Shown here: positions 61,783-64,000 of the stretch, piece after piece
Layout: the number at the start of each line of letters is the position of its first letter
Position numbering within the stretch: the first letter of the stretch is position 1
IMG/VR virus record: IMGVR_UViG_3300029288_000008
Location: 21,550-85,549 of that record
DNA: 64,000 nt
Direction: 5' to 3' (one strand)
From: a virus
Lineage: Duplodnaviria > Caudoviricetes
Program-made: the position numbers and the translations under genes
Notes under the pieces: model-generated
Told to the model about the DNA's origin: nothing
The model's database searches: none
Seen by the model: only the letters and a program-made list of their open reading frames with translations

Positions 61783-64000
61783 TGGATGAATTAAGGCAAT
61801 CGTTTGAAAGTATACGCGAAAAGTTAAAAGATTTATTCAATAGAGTAAATCAACTGGAAGCCGCGCCAACTATAAATCCAGGTGGTGGCGGCGGTGCGCC
61901 TGTAGACGCTCAATACCTAGTGCTTGCCTTCAATGCAACATTAACCAACGAAAGAAGACTTGACTTTTCGGCAAGATTTGCAACCGTAGACGGCGGTGCT
62001 GGCAACGATTATGATGTGGATTTAGCTGTAAGCGGTGTAGGGGCAGGTGTTTACGGAAGTGCTACCCAAGTCCCACAAATCACAGTTGACGCTTACGGAA
62101 GATTGACAAATGCTGTGAATGTTGCAATTTCTGGTGTACCACCCGTTTCCCATCCTCTATTAGGAAGCACATATCACAGCGATGTGGTAAACAACGGCCC
62201 TACACGTGGCAGCTTGATTTACGGCAATGCCACACCGCGATGGGATGAGCTTGCTTTGGGCGGCGTGTCTGGAAGTATCGTTACTAGAGACGCGACAGAC
62301 GTTTTGTGGAGTGATTATTCATTAGTTGGCACCGCCGGAAAAGTTTACACGTTCCCGGTTTCCGCAGCAACATTGGTTGCCGGGGGCGGCTCAGGGGTAC
62401 TAAATAGAATCGCTTATTGGTCAGACAACGAAACAATAACCAGCGCCGCCGGTTTGACGGTGGACGCGGCCAACAATTTCTATCTCGTGTCTAACGCGGG
62501 CGGGTTCGGAAACAGCGCGGCAACTGCGCGGCTTGTCTTTGACTCAAGCGGCGCGCAGGACTATGCATATTTTTCAGGGTGTTATGTGGGCATCAATGAC
62601 ACCGCGCCAAACTACCATCTCGACGTGAACGGCAAAATCGGCATCAATGGCGTGCAGACGGTGTATAATGCCGGGGCGCTGGATGCTAATTTTCTAGGTT
62701 CGATTTTTATTGGAAACGGTGGGGCTTCCATATCGCATACCGGCGGGATCGAGGGCTACTATAACTACGGGAATGGGCATCAGTCGCTAAACGATTTAAC
62801 TACCGGACACTCGAATTTTGCCGGTGGTTGGCGGTCGTTGTACCATATCACAACGGGCTACTGCAATGTCGCGGTCGGCGGGTTTGCTGGAGCAGATGAC
62901 GACGCTCTCAACGATCTGCTAACCAATACCTACTCTATATTCATTGGCTATGATGCCCGCGCATCGGCTAACGGCAACACGAATGAGGTGGTGATCGGCG
63001 GGAATATCGCGGTTGGGCACGGTAGCAATACAACCACCATTGGGAATGCAGCCACAACCGACTTTTATGCATTAGGAAACCATCATATAGAAGATGGTCA
63101 TTGGGTGGGGTCTGCCGCCGAACGTACCGTTTACGATACAACCAACAATCGGATAGACAACATGCTATCCGACGCATTAGGCGCAAGTACCTTGCGCGTT
63201 CTAAATAGCGGCGCTACTGTGGTTATGTATGTTACCAGTCTGGGGAATGCGTATTTTTCCGGTGACATTGCAGTCAATAACGGAAAATTTGTGGGTATCT
63301 CCGGCGACGTGCGCACGGTTTACGATTCGACGCTAGGAGCAATCATCGAACAACTTAATGACCTCGGTGGCACTGATGAGTGGAGAGTTTACGATTCGGC
63401 GTCCGTAAAAGTGGCCTATATCAATTCAGATGGAGAAGGCTATTTCGCTAGTAAAGTTGGTATTGGCGCAGTTCCGGCAACCGCGCTACATGTCGTCGGC
63501 GCGGTAAAAGTCGTCAGCAACGGCGACAAATTCTCGTTGTTTGAGGACGATGTGGCTGAGGCGAACGGCTATCTAAAACTAACCAACGCTACTGGCGCAG
63601 CAAATGTTCTCGTGCCATATCTGGCAATGAGGGGGAACACAACCGGCGCGGGATACAATGCGCTAATCGAGGCCATTTGCACCAATGATGCCGTGACGGA
63701 TACCGGCCCAGTAATTACCTATAGAGCCAGTCATGGTGCCACCGCTGTAACCAACCGTGTTCTGTTTCAGTTTCAGAACTATACGACCAACGTAATAACG
63801 GTGCTGGCATCTGGAGACACCGGCATTGGTACAGTGACGCCCGGCGCAAAACTGCACTTAGACCAGAGCAGCAGTTCGGGGGCAAAACCAGTTTTGACGC
63901 TAGACCAGGCCGATGAGGACTTTGTGCTCTGCAAGTTTATCGGCTATGCCAGCGCCGCAAGCGCCAATCGCACGTTTGTGAGCGCATCGGATTTCACCAC
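61782..64000 (+). CDS. Tail fibre/receptor-binding protein, runs off the right edge (not in ORF track)
   Basis: Spot-translated segments from ATG 61782 are open; APVDAQYLV...LTNERRL and repeated (V)GI....P...L(D/H)V motifs. Confidence 0.8.
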   Translation, partial: MDELRQSFESIREKLKDLFNRVNQLEAAPTINPGGGGGAPVDAQYLVLAFNATLTNERRLDFSARFATVDGGAGNDYDVDLAVSGVGAGVYGSATQVPQITVDAYGRLTNAVNVAISGVPPVSHPLLGSTYHSDVVNNGPTRGSLIYGNATPRWDELALGGVSGSIVTRDATDVLWSDYSLVGTAGKVYTFPVSAATLVAGGGSGVLNRIAYWSDNETITSAAGLTVDAANNFYLVSNAGGFGNSAATARLVFDSSGAQDYAYFSGCYVGINDTAPNYHLDVNGKIGINGVQTVYNAGALDANFLGSIFIGNGGASISHTGGIEGYYNYGNGHQSLNDLTTGHSNFAGGWRSLYHITTGYCNVAVGGFAGADDDALNDLLTNTYSIFIGYDARASANGNTNEVVIGGNIAVGHGSNTTTIGNAATTDFYALGNHHIEDGHWVGSAAERTVYDTTNNRIDNMLSDALGASTLRVLNSGATVVMYVTSLGNAYFSGDIAVNNGKFVGISGDVRTVYDSTLGAIIEQLNDLGGTDEWRVYDSASVKVAYINSDGEGYFASKVGIGAVPATALHVVGAVKVVSNGDKFSLFEDDVAEANGYLKLTNATGAANVLVPYLAMRGNTTGAGYNALIEAICTNDAVTDTGPVITYRASHGATAVTNRVLFQFQNYTTNVITVLASGDTGIGTVTPGAKLHLDQSSSSGAKPVLTLDQADEDFVLCKFIGYASAASANRTFVSASDFT

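Noticed and set aside
1-64000. Stop-codon reassignment, diversity-generating retroelement, retron, integrase or cas genes
   Set aside because: Genes read normally in code 11, and no RT, integrase or Cas motifs or TR/VR pair were seen in this window.

Overview
This window is a 64-kb slice of a large, AT-rich tailed (siphovirus-like) phage genome with no obvious host chromosomal DNA. An anaerobic host is suggested by class III RNR (nrdD), and consensus sigma70-type promoters with extended -10 are abundant. The virion genes all lie on the + strand but are scattered: terS/terL (11-13 kb), portal fused to a MuF-like domain (17.7 kb), protease/scaffold and major capsid (25.9-29.9 kb), head-tail connector (44 kb) and tail module (51.3 kb to the window end). 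Between them sit accessory blocks: a recombination module, an 8-tRNA array with candidate structured ncRNAs, a D5-type helicase with an adjacent origin, intein-containing NrdD, a glycosylation cluster (5 glycosyltransferases, an epimerase, 2 methyltransferases), homing endonucleases, ClpP and a deaminase. Most striking: (1) an intact TnpB embedded in a phage operon without TnpA, followed by its omega-RNA region and a two-repeat type I-E-like CRISPR mini-array; (2) a double glycosyltransferase fused to a domain paralogous to a tail-module protein, with its own internal RBS/ATG; (3) a multi-pseudoknotted RNA and a tRNA with a 12-nt anticodon loop inside the tRNA array; (4) six dispersed promoter-short RNA-hairpin units; (5) two inverted copies of an origin-like element 30 kb apart; (6) a likely +1 tail-chaperone frameshift. 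All calls are by-eye motif recognition; no database search or folding program was run.
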